This document shows, piece by piece, positions 14,430-24,974 of a stretch of DNA of 64,000 bases (its first letter is position 1; each line of letters starts with the position of its first letter). Location: assembly GCA_048571215.1 (NCBI GenBank), contig CP182352.1, forward strand, positions 512,001 to 576,000, in the 5' to 3' direction. Position numbers and translations under genes: made by a program. Source of the DNA: Halarcobacter sp. (GTDB lineage: Bacteria; Campylobacterota; Campylobacteria; Campylobacterales; Arcobacteraceae). Under the pieces are notes generated by a model. It made no database searches and was not told where the DNA came from. It was given only the letters and a program-made list of their open reading frames with translations.

Positions 14430-15818
14430 TTATAATCCCATTTTAAATGGGTTTAAAATATTATTTGGATCAAAAGCATTTTTTATACTTTTAAAAAGGT
14501 TTAATTCTGCTTCATTAAAGGCAATACTCATAAATGGAGCTTTTGATAAACCAATACCATGTTCTCCCGATAGTGTTCCACCCATATCAACTACAAATTG
14601 AAAAATCTCTTCAATAGCTTTATGTCCATCTTCCATCTCTTTTTCATTGTTTTTATCTTTTACCATTACATTAACATGGATGTTTCCATCTCCTGCATGT
14701 CCAAAACATGGTACGTTGAATCCATACTTATCACCAATTTTATATATTCCTTCTAATGCTTCTGGAAGTTTTGCCCTTGGAACTGATATATCTTCATTTA
14801 ATTTTTTTGTACCATAAATTGCCGTTGCAGGACTAGCATTTCTTCTAGCAAACCATAATGATTTTGCATGTTCTTCATCTTGCGCAATTATAAAATCTAT
14901 AGAACCATAATTTGCAAAAGAGTCTTCTAGTGTTTCTAGTTGTGAATCAATCTCTGCTTGTGAAGAACCATCCACATCTCCAACTAAGATACCACCTGCC
15001 TTTTCAGGTAATTCAACTTGTGGGAATTTTTCTTTTAGTGCTTTAATTACAAGTGCATCTAAAAATTCCATTGCAACTGGGTTTGCTCCTGCTGCAAGTG
15101 ATTTAAATACAGCATTCATAGCTTTATTTACATCAGGGAAAACCCCCATATATGTTTGTTTAAATTTTGGTTTAGGGATTAACTTTAAAGTGATTTCAGT
15201 AATAACAGCTAAAGTACCTTCACTTGCTATTAGGATACCAGCAGTATTGTATCCTGCAACATCTTTTATAGTTTTTTTACCACAAGTTATAATATCTCCA
15301 TTTGGTAAAACAGCTCTTAAAGCAACTACATAATCTTTTGTAATTCCATATTTTGCTGCTCTCATTCCACCTGCATTTTCAGATACATTTCCACCTAAAG
15401 TAGAATACTCTTCACTAGCTGGATCTGGTGGATAAAAAAGTCCTACCTCTTCAACTGCTTTTTGAAATTGCATATTTATAAGTCCTGGTTGAACAACTCC
15501 AACCATATTTTCCATATCAATTTCAAGAAGTTTATTCATATGTCTTTCTAAACTTAAAATGATACCACCATTTGCAGGAAGTGCACCACCTGTAAAACCA
15601 CTTCCTGCTCCTCTAGGTACAATTACAATTTTATGTTCATTGCAATATTTTAAGATATCTGATACATCTTGTTCATGTCGAGGAAATACTACAGCATCTG
15701 GTTCAAACCTCTCTCTTGTTGCATCATAACTATATGCTATTTGATGAGCTTTATCACTTTTTATATTCTCTTCACCAACTATTGAGATAATATGGTTTAA
15801 ATGTTCTTCTTGTATCAT
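14430..15818 (-). CDS. glcD: FAD-linked oxidase, glycolate oxidase subunit GlcD-like
   Basis: PRGAGSG, PPDPAS, GHAGDGNIH, GEHGIG, DPNNILNP. Confidence 0.88.
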   Translation of the reverse strand: MIQEEHLNHIISIVGEENIKSDKAHQIAYSYDATRERFEPDAVVFPRHEQDVSDILKYCNEHKIVIVPRGAGSGFTGGALPANGGIILSLERHMNKLLEIDMENMVGVVQPGLINMQFQKAVEEVGLFYPPDPASEEYSTLGGNVSENAGGMRAAKYGITKDYVVALRAVLPNGDIITCGKKTIKDVAGYNTAGILIASEGTLAVITEITLKLIPKPKFKQTYMGVFPDVNKAMNAVFKSLAAGANPVAMEFLDALVIKALKEKFPQVELPEKAGGILVGDVDGSSQAEIDSQLETLEDSFANYGSIDFIIAQDEEHAKSLWFARRNASPATAIYGTKKLNEDISVPRAKLPEALEGIYKIGDKYGFNVPCFGHAGDGNIHVNVMVKDKNNEKEMEDGHKAIEEIFQFVVDMGGTLSGEHGIGLSKAPFMSIAFNEAELNLFKSIKNAFDPNNILNPFKMGL

Positions 15819-16897
15819 TTGTTTAATCCTAAAAGTGTTTTATAGTAGTTATTGTAAATCTCAATTTTTACATTTAAATCTCCACTTTTTAATTCATCTT
15901 CTAAAAGAATTTCATCGTCTGTTCTATTATCTTCAAGAAAATCTTTTATAAATTTACTCCATTCTGAGATGTTTAAAAGGGAGCTTATAGCTGATTTCTC
16001 AATCTTGTCAATTCTTGTATAAAAAGGCATTTTTTCATCTTGTACAAAGTTATATGAGATTGTATTTTCATCTATTATAGAAAAAGTTCTAGAATCTACA
16101 ATATATAATTTGCTTCCTATTACAAAAAATATAGTTCCAAGGTTTTGTGACATTGCAAAATCTTGAATAGTCTCTTTAGATGGAAGTGGTTCTTCTTCTA
16201 TTTTTAATTTTGCACCAAAAACATCAGAGTGCAAAAAGTTTATATCTGCATATTTTTTTCTTGTTTGTGTAAAAGCATCTTGTGAGGGAGCAATAATTAT
16301 TGAGGCATTATATAAAAAGTTAATAATAGCAGTATCGCCATCTACAACCTTTCTATTTGTAGTTGGTATTGCATTTTGTTTAATATCTAAAAAAGGCATT
16401 AGTTTTAAAGTTGAACTATCATTATTTGAATCAACTACATAAGCACTTGCTACAATTAAACTTTGACCATTTTTATAAGTATGTTGTATAACTGCACTTT
16501 GTCCAGGTCTTAGATTACCTATTTTGACAACAGCTGTATCCTCATCAATTTTTTTAACACTAGCTTTTTGTGAACTATAGTTTAATTTTGCATATTTATT
16601 TTTCATAAAATCTATTTTATTTAAAGATATTAACTCTTTATCTGTAAATATATATGTATAGTTTAAACCTTGGTTTTTACTTTTTTCAATTTTTAAATCT
16701 TTTAAATACCAACCATTTTTTTTCATATCCTTAAAAGAATAGTCACTTTTACACTCTCCACCATCAAGTTTTTCTGTCTCAATAGTTGAAGGTTTATCCC
16801 AGTTTAGTTTATAACATATTGTTGTTTTTGCATATAAACTTTGAGTTAATAGTGTTGTAGTAAATAGTGCAATTAAACTTTTTGTTAATAGATTCAT
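15815..16897 (-). CDS. Exported protein resembling the PgbA plasminogen-binding N-terminal domain family
   Basis: Signal peptide; IIIAP / FLHSDVFGA pattern and position next to glcD as in other Campylobacterota. Confidence 0.6.
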   Translation of the reverse strand: MNLLTKSLIALFTTTLLTQSLYAKTTICYKLNWDKPSTIETEKLDGGECKSDYSFKDMKKNGWYLKDLKIEKSKNQGLNYTYIFTDKELISLNKIDFMKNKYAKLNYSSQKASVKKIDEDTAVVKIGNLRPGQSAVIQHTYKNGQSLIVASAYVVDSNNDSSTLKLMPFLDIKQNAIPTTNRKVVDGDTAIINFLYNASIIIAPSQDAFTQTRKKYADINFLHSDVFGAKLKIEEEPLPSKETIQDFAMSQNLGTIFFVIGSKLYIVDSRTFSIIDENTISYNFVQDEKMPFYTRIDKIEKSAISSLLNISEWSKFIKDFLEDNRTDDEILLEDELKSGDLNVKIEIYNNYYKTLLGLNK

Positions 16898-16908
16898 TTT
16901 ATTCCTTA

Positions 16909-17412
16909 TTATGCTTGTAATTCTTGAAGTTTTTGTTTAACTTCGTCAACATGTAAAACTTCAATTTTTTCACCTTTTACACTTTTCTTTTTTCTTACAC
17001 TTACTTTTGGCCATATTGCAGCTATTTTACCTTCTGGATTGATTATAAAGGTAGTTCTTACAACTCCCATTGATTCTCTCCCCATAAATTTTTTAAGTTG
17101 CCATACTCCAAAATCTTCACAAATTTTTTTATCAACATCGGCTAAAAGTGTTATTGATAACTCTTTTTTTTCTATAAATTTTCTATGTTTTGCACTATCA
17201 TCAGGGCTAACTCCTAAAATGATTGCATCAAGGTCATCAAATTCTGGCTCTTGGCTTGTAAAATCGCAAGCTTCAGTGGTACAACCAGGAGTTAAATCTC
17301 TTGGATAAAAATATAAAACAATCCATTTTCCTAATAAATCTCTAGAACATATCTCAATATCATCTTGATTTGGGGCACAAAAACTAGGAGCTGTTTGTCC
17401 AATTTCTAACAT
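16909..17412 (-). CDS. bcp: Thioredoxin-dependent thiol peroxidase
   Basis: LYFYPRDLTPGCTTEACDF. Confidence 0.95.
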   Translation of the reverse strand: MLEIGQTAPSFCAPNQDDIEICSRDLLGKWIVLYFYPRDLTPGCTTEACDFTSQEPEFDDLDAIILGVSPDDSAKHRKFIEKKELSITLLADVDKKICEDFGVWQLKKFMGRESMGVVRTTFIINPEGKIAAIWPKVSVRKKKSVKGEKIEVLHVDEVKQKLQELQA

Positions 17413-17457
17413 AAATATTCCTTTTTAATTAATTCCCTAATTTTAAAGGGAAATTTT

Positions 17458-18168
17458 TTATTTTTTTATTGCAATAAATGTAGCAAAATTAACCCATTTG
17501 AAAAGTGTTTCACAGTGGGTAAATCCTGCATCTAATATCATTTTTTTATTTTCTTGTTCAGTATAAGGTATAAGAACATTCTCTAAAGCCTCTCTTTTTT
17601 GGGCTATTTCATATTCACTATAACCTTGGGTTTTCTTAAACTCATAATACTCATCAATATATTGTTTTGATAATACTTTATCTGATGAGATTACTTTTTC
17701 ACTAAAAATAAAAACACCATTATTTTGCAAACTATTATAGATTTTTTTTACTAATTTTTCTCTTTGAAGAGGTCTAATAAATTGTAATGTATAGTTTGAA
17801 ATGATAAGTTTAGCATCATCAAAACTCATATTATGTAAATCTTCATTTATAAGTTTTATATCAACACCAAAAGCTTTAGATTTATTTGATGCCCTTTCAA
17901 GCATAGCCTCAGAGTTATCAATCCCAATTAATTGAAATTTTTTTGAAGAGTGTTTTGCAAGTTCAATCAGTGTTGAAGCTGTAGAACAGCCTAAATCATA
18001 CACTTTATCTTCCTCTTCCAAATAGTTTAATGCAAAGTTTATAGTTAATCTTTGCATCTCTTTATAAAAGGGAACTGAACGATTTAGCATATCATCAAAG
18101 ACCGATGCTACCTCTTCATCAAATTCAAATTGTTTACTTATTGATTTATCAAATACTTTATCTGTCAT
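17458..18168 (-). CDS. cmoA: Carboxy-SAM synthase
   Basis: [32 protein letters not shown]. Confidence 0.93.
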   Translation of the reverse strand: MTDKVFDKSISKQFEFDEEVASVFDDMLNRSVPFYKEMQRLTINFALNYLEEEDKVYDLGCSTASTLIELAKHSSKKFQLIGIDNSEAMLERASNKSKAFGVDIKLINEDLHNMSFDDAKLIISNYTLQFIRPLQREKLVKKIYNSLQNNGVFIFSEKVISSDKVLSKQYIDEYYEFKKTQGYSEYEIAQKREALENVLIPYTEQENKKMILDAGFTHCETLFKWVNFATFIAIKK

Positions 18169-18199
18169 TTAATTATTTTAGCTAAATGAAGATTAATAG

Positions 18200-19039
18200 T
18201 TATTTATCAAAAAAAGATTTTGCAATACTTAAGTCTTCATTTATTTGATTTTTTAAATTTTCAAAGGAATCAAATTTTTTATTTTCCCTTATTTTATCAA
18301 GAAATTTTATTTGAACACAACTGTGCATATTTTTTATAACTTCATCTAAAATATGTGTTTCTACAGCATAACTACCATCTGTTGTAACCCTATGCCCTAA
18401 AAAAGTCACTGATTTATACTCAATCTCATTTATTATTGTTTTAGTAATATAAACACCTTCATTAGGAAGTAAAAAGTCATCTACTTTTAGATTTATAGTA
18501 GGAACAAAACTTTTTGAACCTAAACCCTGACCTTTTATTTGTCTACCAAAGATTTTATACTCTTTATTTAAAAGTTTATTAGCAGTTTTTATATCACCAC
18601 TTTTTAGATAATTTCTAATTATTCTTGAATGTATCGCGATATTATCAACTCTTACTTCATCTATAATAATTACCTCTTTATTAAATAGTCTTTTTAATTC
18701 AGGGATACAGTTTTTTCTATTTTTTCCAAAACAAAAATCAAAACCTACAACTATTTTTTCTAAGTTTGGAAACTCTTCTAAAAGTAAAGTGATAAATTCT
18801 TCCCCACTTAGATGTTTGATATTATCAAGTATATAGTAGTATATAGGATATTTTGTATACTCTTGTCTATATGTTTTAGGTGTAAGATTTGCAAATCCAG
18901 CTTCAATACATACTATACCTCCACTTTCACCTAGATGTTTAAAAAGTTCTTGGTGTGCTAGATGCATCCCATCAAAACCACCTATTGCAATTGCATTTAT
19001 CGTTTTTTTATTTATTAAAATAGAAGAGCTCTTCTTCAT
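18200..19039 (-). CDS. ribF: Bifunctional riboflavin kinase/FAD synthetase
   Basis: GGFDGMHLAHQ, VGFDFCFG, PTINL, ETHIL; start uncertain (19039-19057); overlaps the tlyA 3' end. Confidence 0.9.
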   Translation of the reverse strand: MKKSSSILINKKTINAIAIGGFDGMHLAHQELFKHLGESGGIVCIEAGFANLTPKTYRQEYTKYPIYYYILDNIKHLSGEEFITLLLEEFPNLEKIVVGFDFCFGKNRKNCIPELKRLFNKEVIIIDEVRVDNIAIHSRIIRNYLKSGDIKTANKLLNKEYKIFGRQIKGQGLGSKSFVPTINLKVDDFLLPNEGVYITKTIINEIEYKSVTFLGHRVTTDGSYAVETHILDEVIKNMHSCVQIKFLDKIRENKKFDSFENLKNQINEDLSIAKSFFDK

Positions 19040-19715
19040 TCCCATCTTTTCCTTCAATTTTACTAGGACTATTATAAATCAATCTCCAATTCTTTAATAC
19101 ACAAGAATCCATAAATCTATCCCTAGCTTTAATTATTGCTTTTTTATCTTTTACAGCACCTTTTTTATCTCTTTTTACATTTGTTCCAACTTCGAATTGG
19201 GGTTTGAAAAGTATAATAATTTTATCTTTTGATAAACTATCTATCTCATCTAATATATTTAAAACAGAGATAAAAGAGACATCACATGTGACTATATCAA
19301 AAGTTGTACTTTTTTCAAACTCCCTTATATCGGTATTTTCAAAAAAGTTTATTTTTGAATTTCCCCTTAATCTTTCGTGTAGTTGATTTGAACCAACGTC
19401 CACACAAGTTACACTTTCAATACCTTTTTCTAAAAGTATTTGAGTAAAACCTCCAGTGCTACTTCCTATATCCAAAGCTTTTAAGTTTGAAATATCTATA
19501 TTTAATTCTTCTAAAAAATATTTGAGTTTATATGCAGCACGGCTTACATAAAAATCCTCTTCTAAAAGTTCTATTTTTGAATTTTCATCTACATCAAAAG
19601 AGGCTTTAGTGATAACTTGCGAATCAACTCTAACTTTTTTTGCTTTTATTAACTCGGCTGCTTTATTTCTACTTTGAATTTCAAAGTTCTGTGTTAAGTA
19701 TTGGTCTAATCTCAT
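19008..19715 (-). CDS. tlyA: TlyA rRNA 2'-O-methyltransferase
   Basis: MRLD S4 domain, VSRAAYKL, DIGSSTGGFT, DVSFIS, KPQFE. Confidence 0.95.
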   Translation of the reverse strand: MRLDQYLTQNFEIQSRNKAAELIKAKKVRVDSQVITKASFDVDENSKIELLEEDFYVSRAAYKLKYFLEELNIDISNLKALDIGSSTGGFTQILLEKGIESVTCVDVGSNQLHERLRGNSKINFFENTDIREFEKSTTFDIVTCDVSFISVLNILDEIDSLSKDKIIILFKPQFEVGTNVKRDKKGAVKDKKAIIKARDRFMDSCVLKNWRLIYNSPSKIEGKDGNEEELFYFNK

Positions 19716-19778
19716 GTGAAATTATATTAAAAAGTTGCTCTATATTAGATTATTTATTGTTTTACAGTAGAATATCTT

Positions 19779-20351
19779 ATGTATTTTATAAAAGAACAGA
19801 CAAATCAAACCTTAGAAGAGAAAAAATCAAAATTTATTGCATACTTAACAAGTTATGATAAATTTGATGATTTGATGATAAAACTTAAACAAGAACACCC
19901 AAAAGCCAGACATTTTGTTTATGCTTATAGGTATTTAAATGAGTTTGATCAAGTAGTGGAAAACTGTAGTGATGATGGCGAACCAAAAGGAACAAGTGGA
20001 AAACCAACTTTAAATGTATTAGCAGGAAATGAACTAATTAATAGTGCAGTTATTATTATTAGATATTTTGGTGGAGTCAAACTTGGGACAGGTGGATTAG
20101 TTAGAGCCTATAGTGATGCTACAAATTTAGTGATTAAAAATAGTAATTTAATAAAATATGAGAAATTAGATACTCTTATTTTAAAATTGGATTATGCAAT
20201 TTTGTCAAAGCTTGAGTATCTTTTAGATAGTCTAGATATAAGTATTATAAATAAAGAGTTTACTGAAAGTGTTATTTTAAAACTAGAACTTACAAAAGAG
20301 CAAGAGGAAAACTTAAAATTAGAACTTCCAAGAAGTGTTGAAATACTATGA
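19779..20351 (+). CDS. yigZ: YigZ/IMPACT-family protein
   Basis: KKSKF, SDDGEPKGTSG, RYFGGVKLGTGGLVRAY. Confidence 0.93.
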   Translation: MYFIKEQTNQTLEEKKSKFIAYLTSYDKFDDLMIKLKQEHPKARHFVYAYRYLNEFDQVVENCSDDGEPKGTSGKPTLNVLAGNELINSAVIIIRYFGGVKLGTGGLVRAYSDATNLVIKNSNLIKYEKLDTLILKLDYAILSKLEYLLDSLDISIINKEFTESVILKLELTKEQEENLKLELPRSVEIL

Positions 20352-20400
20352 TAAATAATATAATAAGTTATAATTTATTATAATCTCATAAAAGGAGATT

Positions 20401-21825
20401 ATGATGAAACACTTATTTATATCACTACTTATTTTTAGCAACTTGTACACAAATGACAAAATAGATATAAATTTCAAAGATTTAAATCTTGAAGAGCTTA
20501 TAAAAATAGTATCAGATGAAACAGGCAAAAAAATACTTCTTACGACAAAAGTAGAAGGCACTGTAGATTTTATCTCCAAAAAACCTCTTAGTAAAGATGA
20601 ACTATTCAAGGTATTAAATTTAAGTTTGAATGACAAAGGATATGAACTAAAAAGATTTAACACTATTTATAAGATTATAAAAAAAACTAAAAATATCCAT
20701 CCTTCAAAAAATAGAACTAAACAAAAATTTGTGGATAAATATATAAGTGAAGTTATCTATTTAAAGTATTTGGAAGTAAAAGATGTAAAAGAGCTTTTGG
20801 ATTCTATTATAAAAAATAGAAATTATAAAAAAAGTGATATCCCTTCAATTAGTTCAAATATAGAATCAAACTTTATTATTTTGGATGGTAAGAAAAGTAT
20901 TGTAGAAAAACTAAAAAATTTTATAGCTAAAATTGATATAGTAAAATCTCAAATATATATAAAAACAAAAATAATAGAAGTTGATGATAATTTAGTAGAT
21001 GAGATTGGGTTAAGATTTGGAATTCTTGGTGGTAATGTCTATGGTGGTGGAATAAATAGTTTCTCTTCAAATCTAAATTCAGGTGTTGCCTTACCATTTG
21101 ATATTAGTACTATTGGATTAAGTATTCCAAATTTAAGTTCATCATTAGCTTTAGGTGCAAGTATAAATCTATTAAATAAAACTTACGCTTTAAATATCAT
21201 ATCTGAACCCTCAATTTTATGCATAAACAATAAACAAAGTGAAATCTATGTGGGAGAAACAGTCTCAATACAAACTACATCAACTGTTACAGATGGTGGA
21301 AATATAACTAATAGTTACGAAAGAGAAGATATAGGTTTGAGTTTAAAAGTAAAACCAAGGGTTACAAAAGAGAATAAGGTTTTAATTAATATTGATACAA
21401 CATTGGAGGGGATAAAAAATCTTGAAGGGCTTAGTTCAAATCCAAATACAAGTAAAAAGTTTATAAAAACTACTGCAATTGTAAACAATGGTGAAAGTGT
21501 GATTTTAGGAGGACTTATAGAAAATAAAAATGAAAAGAGTATAGAGAAAATTCCTTTTGCTGGAGATATACCACTTATAGGTGAGTTATTTAAAAATAGG
21601 TTAAATAATAGCAATACAAAAAACTTAACAATACTCATCACCCCATATATAATTCCAAAAAATAAAGATTTAAGTTTTGTAAGAGAAGAGTTAGCTAAGA
21701 TTCAAGTTTTTGAAGATATGTTGTTAAAAGAGGTATTAGAAAAATTAAAAAAACAAAAATTAAAAAAAGAACCTGTAAAAAATGATGTGCATAAGATACA
21801 TGAAAAAATTATAAATAGATTCTAA
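20401..21825 (+). CDS. Secretin, GspD/PulD-like (short form)
   Basis: N0-like INFKDL domain, DIGLSLKVKP, GESVILGGL, KIPFAGDIPLIGELF. Confidence 0.85.
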   Translation: MMKHLFISLLIFSNLYTNDKIDINFKDLNLEELIKIVSDETGKKILLTTKVEGTVDFISKKPLSKDELFKVLNLSLNDKGYELKRFNTIYKIIKKTKNIHPSKNRTKQKFVDKYISEVIYLKYLEVKDVKELLDSIIKNRNYKKSDIPSISSNIESNFIILDGKKSIVEKLKNFIAKIDIVKSQIYIKTKIIEVDDNLVDEIGLRFGILGGNVYGGGINSFSSNLNSGVALPFDISTIGLSIPNLSSSLALGASINLLNKTYALNIISEPSILCINNKQSEIYVGETVSIQTTSTVTDGGNITNSYEREDIGLSLKVKPRVTKENKVLINIDTTLEGIKNLEGLSSNPNTSKKFIKTTAIVNNGESVILGGLIENKNEKSIEKIPFAGDIPLIGELFKNRLNNSNTKNLTILITPYIIPKNKDLSFVREELAKIQVFEDMLLKEVLEKLKKQKLKKEPVKNDVHKIHEKIINRF

Positions 21826-22442
21826 GCATCTACACTTCTCATAAGTCTATCTAAAACATGTAAATCTTTTGAAGTTTTTTCAATATTGGTTGATTTTACT
21901 ATTCTTGAGCAATCTTGACATAAGATAATTATATTTTCCAAGTTAAAACCACCGCCGTTTTTCATCTGTTTAGCTAAGAGTGTTTGGGCATCAATAAGTT
22001 TTATTGTAGTACCACATCTATTACATCTTTTATGGTCTCTACTCCAAGCAGCTTCTTTTCTTTGGTTCCAATCAATTGGGTATTTATTATCTTTATGTAA
22101 AGTAGAGTTTTGTTCATAAGAGCTCCAAAGTTTCTCTTTTGAAACACTTGGCTGAGTATTTAATTCATACTCATGATTACAAAACTGTCTTACAAAATCT
22201 TCAACTATCAAGATCTCTTTTACTCGTATATTTTTTTCATCTTCATATTTTGCTAAAATATCAAAATTAAAACTGATTTTTGGGTAATCATTTTTTAAGA
22301 TAATTTGCATATCTTTCATAAAAGCTTTTAGGCTTCCAGCTTTATAAAAGCCTTTAAAAAGAGTTTTTCTATAGATATAAAGTGGTATCAAAGCTAAGAT
22401 TATAATTAATCCAGAAATAATAAATCTTAAGTCTAATACCAT
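21822..22442 (-). CDS. Membrane-anchored protein with a degenerate HNH-like Zn-finger domain
   Basis: N-terminal TM; RD..RCNRCG ... GG..LENIIILCQDC. Confidence 0.7.
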   Translation of the reverse strand: MVLDLRFIISGLIIILALIPLYIYRKTLFKGFYKAGSLKAFMKDMQIILKNDYPKISFNFDILAKYEDEKNIRVKEILIVEDFVRQFCNHEYELNTQPSVSKEKLWSSYEQNSTLHKDNKYPIDWNQRKEAAWSRDHKRCNRCGTTIKLIDAQTLLAKQMKNGGGFNLENIIILCQDCSRIVKSTNIEKTSKDLHVLDRLMRSVDA

Positions 22443-22451
22443 CTTGAATCC

Positions 22452-23552
22452 TTAAATTAATTCAGGATTTACACTATGTTTTATTAGTGTTTTTTTAACT
22501 TCATCATGTTGACCAATTGCTAGTTTGATAAGTTCTGATTTATGAATTACAGGTAAATCTATCTCTCTTCCTGAAAGCTCTTTTAGTGTTTCTCTATTTG
22601 CGTCAAATAGTGAAAAAAGTTTTTCATCATCAACAACTAACAAATCTGCACTATTGTCAAAAGCTTCAATCATAACAGTTGAAGCAAGTTTCATTGAAAA
22701 CTCTTTATTTATATGAAAAGACTCTAAAGCCAAATCACTTTTCATAGCTTCTGTATCAATAACTTTTGCATTTAGTTTATTTAAGATAGATGAGGTTTGA
22801 GTATCTTCATTTAAACCTTTATAGTAGGCAATATTAAAATTATCAAAATAGTGTTTTATTTCACCAATATTTTCGATATTTTCAAATGCTAAAGCTTTAT
22901 TTTTTTTATTTGTTGTAAAGTTTTGTTCTTTTATATCTTTTGTAAGATTTAGTTTTTTCTTAATCTCTTGAATTTTATTTTCAATTTCCATATCAAGATT
23001 ATAAACTCTATTTTCTAAACTTGTATGAAATTGTGCTCCACATTCATGTTGTGAAAGTATCTCTAAAATTCTTTTTTCATCTTTTTTATTCTTTTGGATT
23101 AAATCGTATGCTAAAAGAAGTAGAGCATCTCCAATATATTCATATTCATAGTTTATGGTATTTGATGCATAAAAGTAGATTTTATAGCTATTGTATAAAG
23201 CTTTTATTTCATCATCAACAAACTCTTCAAGTAGTTTTAACCTTTGTTTAAAATCTGAATCATCTATTGTTAAATCTTTTTTTGATCTTCTTATAGAAAT
23301 AGGTTCTATTATCAAGTCTTTTCCAAAAGTTTTAACAAGTTCATCAATACTGATTGATGCTTTTGTAAAAATACCATTTACAACTAAGTTAAAATTATCA
23401 GTACTTCTGTATTCAAATGGCTCTTCTATATTGATTTTATCAAGTAAATCTACTAGTTTTTTTTCATTTTTTACTTGAATAAAATTTTTCGTATAGTATG
23501 GTAAATAATCAGATTTGTAATCAAATCTAAAAAGTGAAATCTCTAATTTCAT
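22452..23552 (-). CDS. Conserved Campylobacterota protein (DUF5644-like; FrdB-like N-terminus, HdrB-like C-terminus)
   Basis: SLFRFDYKSDYLPYY start; AFDNSADLLVV ... LPVIH C-terminal pattern. Confidence 0.6.
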   Translation of the reverse strand: MKLEISLFRFDYKSDYLPYYTKNFIQVKNEKKLVDLLDKINIEEPFEYRSTDNFNLVVNGIFTKASISIDELVKTFGKDLIIEPISIRRSKKDLTIDDSDFKQRLKLLEEFVDDEIKALYNSYKIYFYASNTINYEYEYIGDALLLLAYDLIQKNKKDEKRILEILSQHECGAQFHTSLENRVYNLDMEIENKIQEIKKKLNLTKDIKEQNFTTNKKNKALAFENIENIGEIKHYFDNFNIAYYKGLNEDTQTSSILNKLNAKVIDTEAMKSDLALESFHINKEFSMKLASTVMIEAFDNSADLLVVDDEKLFSLFDANRETLKELSGREIDLPVIHKSELIKLAIGQHDEVKKTLIKHSVNPELI

Positions 23553-23615
23553 ATTAAATAACCTTTTTTATTTGTTTGTAGATTTTATAAAATTTATACT
23601 TAAATTATAAACTAA

Positions 23616-24881
23616 CTACTCTTTGTCTCTAATAACTGATGCTCCAATTTTTGAAAGTTTTCCTTCCAAATCCTCATAACCTCTATCTAAATGGTAAATT
23701 CTATGGATTGAAGTTTCCCCTTTAGCTACAAGTGCAGCAAGTACAAGTGCAGAAGAAGCTCTAAGGTCTGTTGCCATAACATCGGTTCCATACAATTCAT
23801 TTCCTGTTCCATTGATTGTTGCAATATTTCCATTTAGATGAATATCTGCACCCAATCTAAGTAGTTCACTAACATGCATAAATCTATTTTCAAATAATCT
23901 TTCATCTATAGTACTTACCCCATTGGCTTGGGTTGCTAGTGCCATAAATTGAGCTTGCATATCTGTTGGGAAACCTGGATATTCAGTTGTTATTATATTT
24001 ACAGGTTTAATATTATTTGTTGGCATGATAGTTACACTATTTTCATCTTGTAAAACCTCAAAACTCATCTCTTCTAGTTTAGAGATAACTGCTTCAATAT
24101 GCATAGGAATTACATTGTTTATTTTTAATTTAGAGTTTGTAATAGCAGCTGCACACATATAAGTTCCAGCTTCTATTCTATCTGGGATTACATCAAAGTC
24201 TTTTATATTTAAAAGCTTTTTATTTGTTCCATGGATGATTAGTGTTGAGGTTCCAATACCTTCTATTAAAACACCAGCATCTTTTATAACTTGACAAAGT
24301 TGTTGTACTTCTGGCTCTTTTGCTGCATTGATTATAGTTGTAACACCATTAGCTAGTGCTGCTGCCATAACTGTATTTTCAGTCCCACCAACTGTAACTT
24401 TATCGAATACAATTTTAGCTCCATGTAGTCCATTTGGAGCTGTTGCTTCAATATACCCATGATTTATATTTATTATTGCACCCATTTGTTCTAAGGCTTT
24501 TAGGTGTAAGTCAACTGGTCTTTGACCAATAGCACAACCACCAGGAAGTGATACTTCACAGTGCCCAAATCTAGATAAAAGTGGTCCCAAAACCAAAATA
24601 GAAGCTCTCATGGTTTTTACAATATCATATGTTGCAGTTGTTTTATCAATAGTAGAAGTATTGATTTTAATACAAGTTTCTTCTTTCTTATAAGAACCAC
24701 CAAGTTTATCAATAAGTTTTAAAAAAGTGTTGATATCAACAACATCTGGCATGTTGCATATTGTTATTTCATTTTTTGCTAAAATCGTTGCTGCTATTAA
24801 AGGTAGTGCAGCATTCTTAGCACCAGAAATTTTAACCTCTCCTTGAAGTTTTTTTTCACCGCTAATTTTTAAATATTCCAT
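23616..24881 (-). CDS. murA: UDP-N-acetylglucosamine 1-carboxyvinyltransferase
   Basis: [44 protein letters not shown]. Confidence 0.98.
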   Translation of the reverse strand: MEYLKISGEKKLQGEVKISGAKNAALPLIAATILAKNEITICNMPDVVDINTFLKLIDKLGGSYKKEETCIKINTSTIDKTTATYDIVKTMRASILVLGPLLSRFGHCEVSLPGGCAIGQRPVDLHLKALEQMGAIININHGYIEATAPNGLHGAKIVFDKVTVGGTENTVMAAALANGVTTIINAAKEPEVQQLCQVIKDAGVLIEGIGTSTLIIHGTNKKLLNIKDFDVIPDRIEAGTYMCAAAITNSKLKINNVIPMHIEAVISKLEEMSFEVLQDENSVTIMPTNNIKPVNIITTEYPGFPTDMQAQFMALATQANGVSTIDERLFENRFMHVSELLRLGADIHLNGNIATINGTGNELYGTDVMATDLRASSALVLAALVAKGETSIHRIYHLDRGYEDLEGKLSKIGASVIRDKE

Positions 24882-24974
24882 TTGTTTCCTAAGTTAAAGA
24901 GTAAGCTATAATTTATTAAATTTTGATATTTTATCTAAAACTATATAAAATTGCGTTTTGAATTAGGATTGTAG

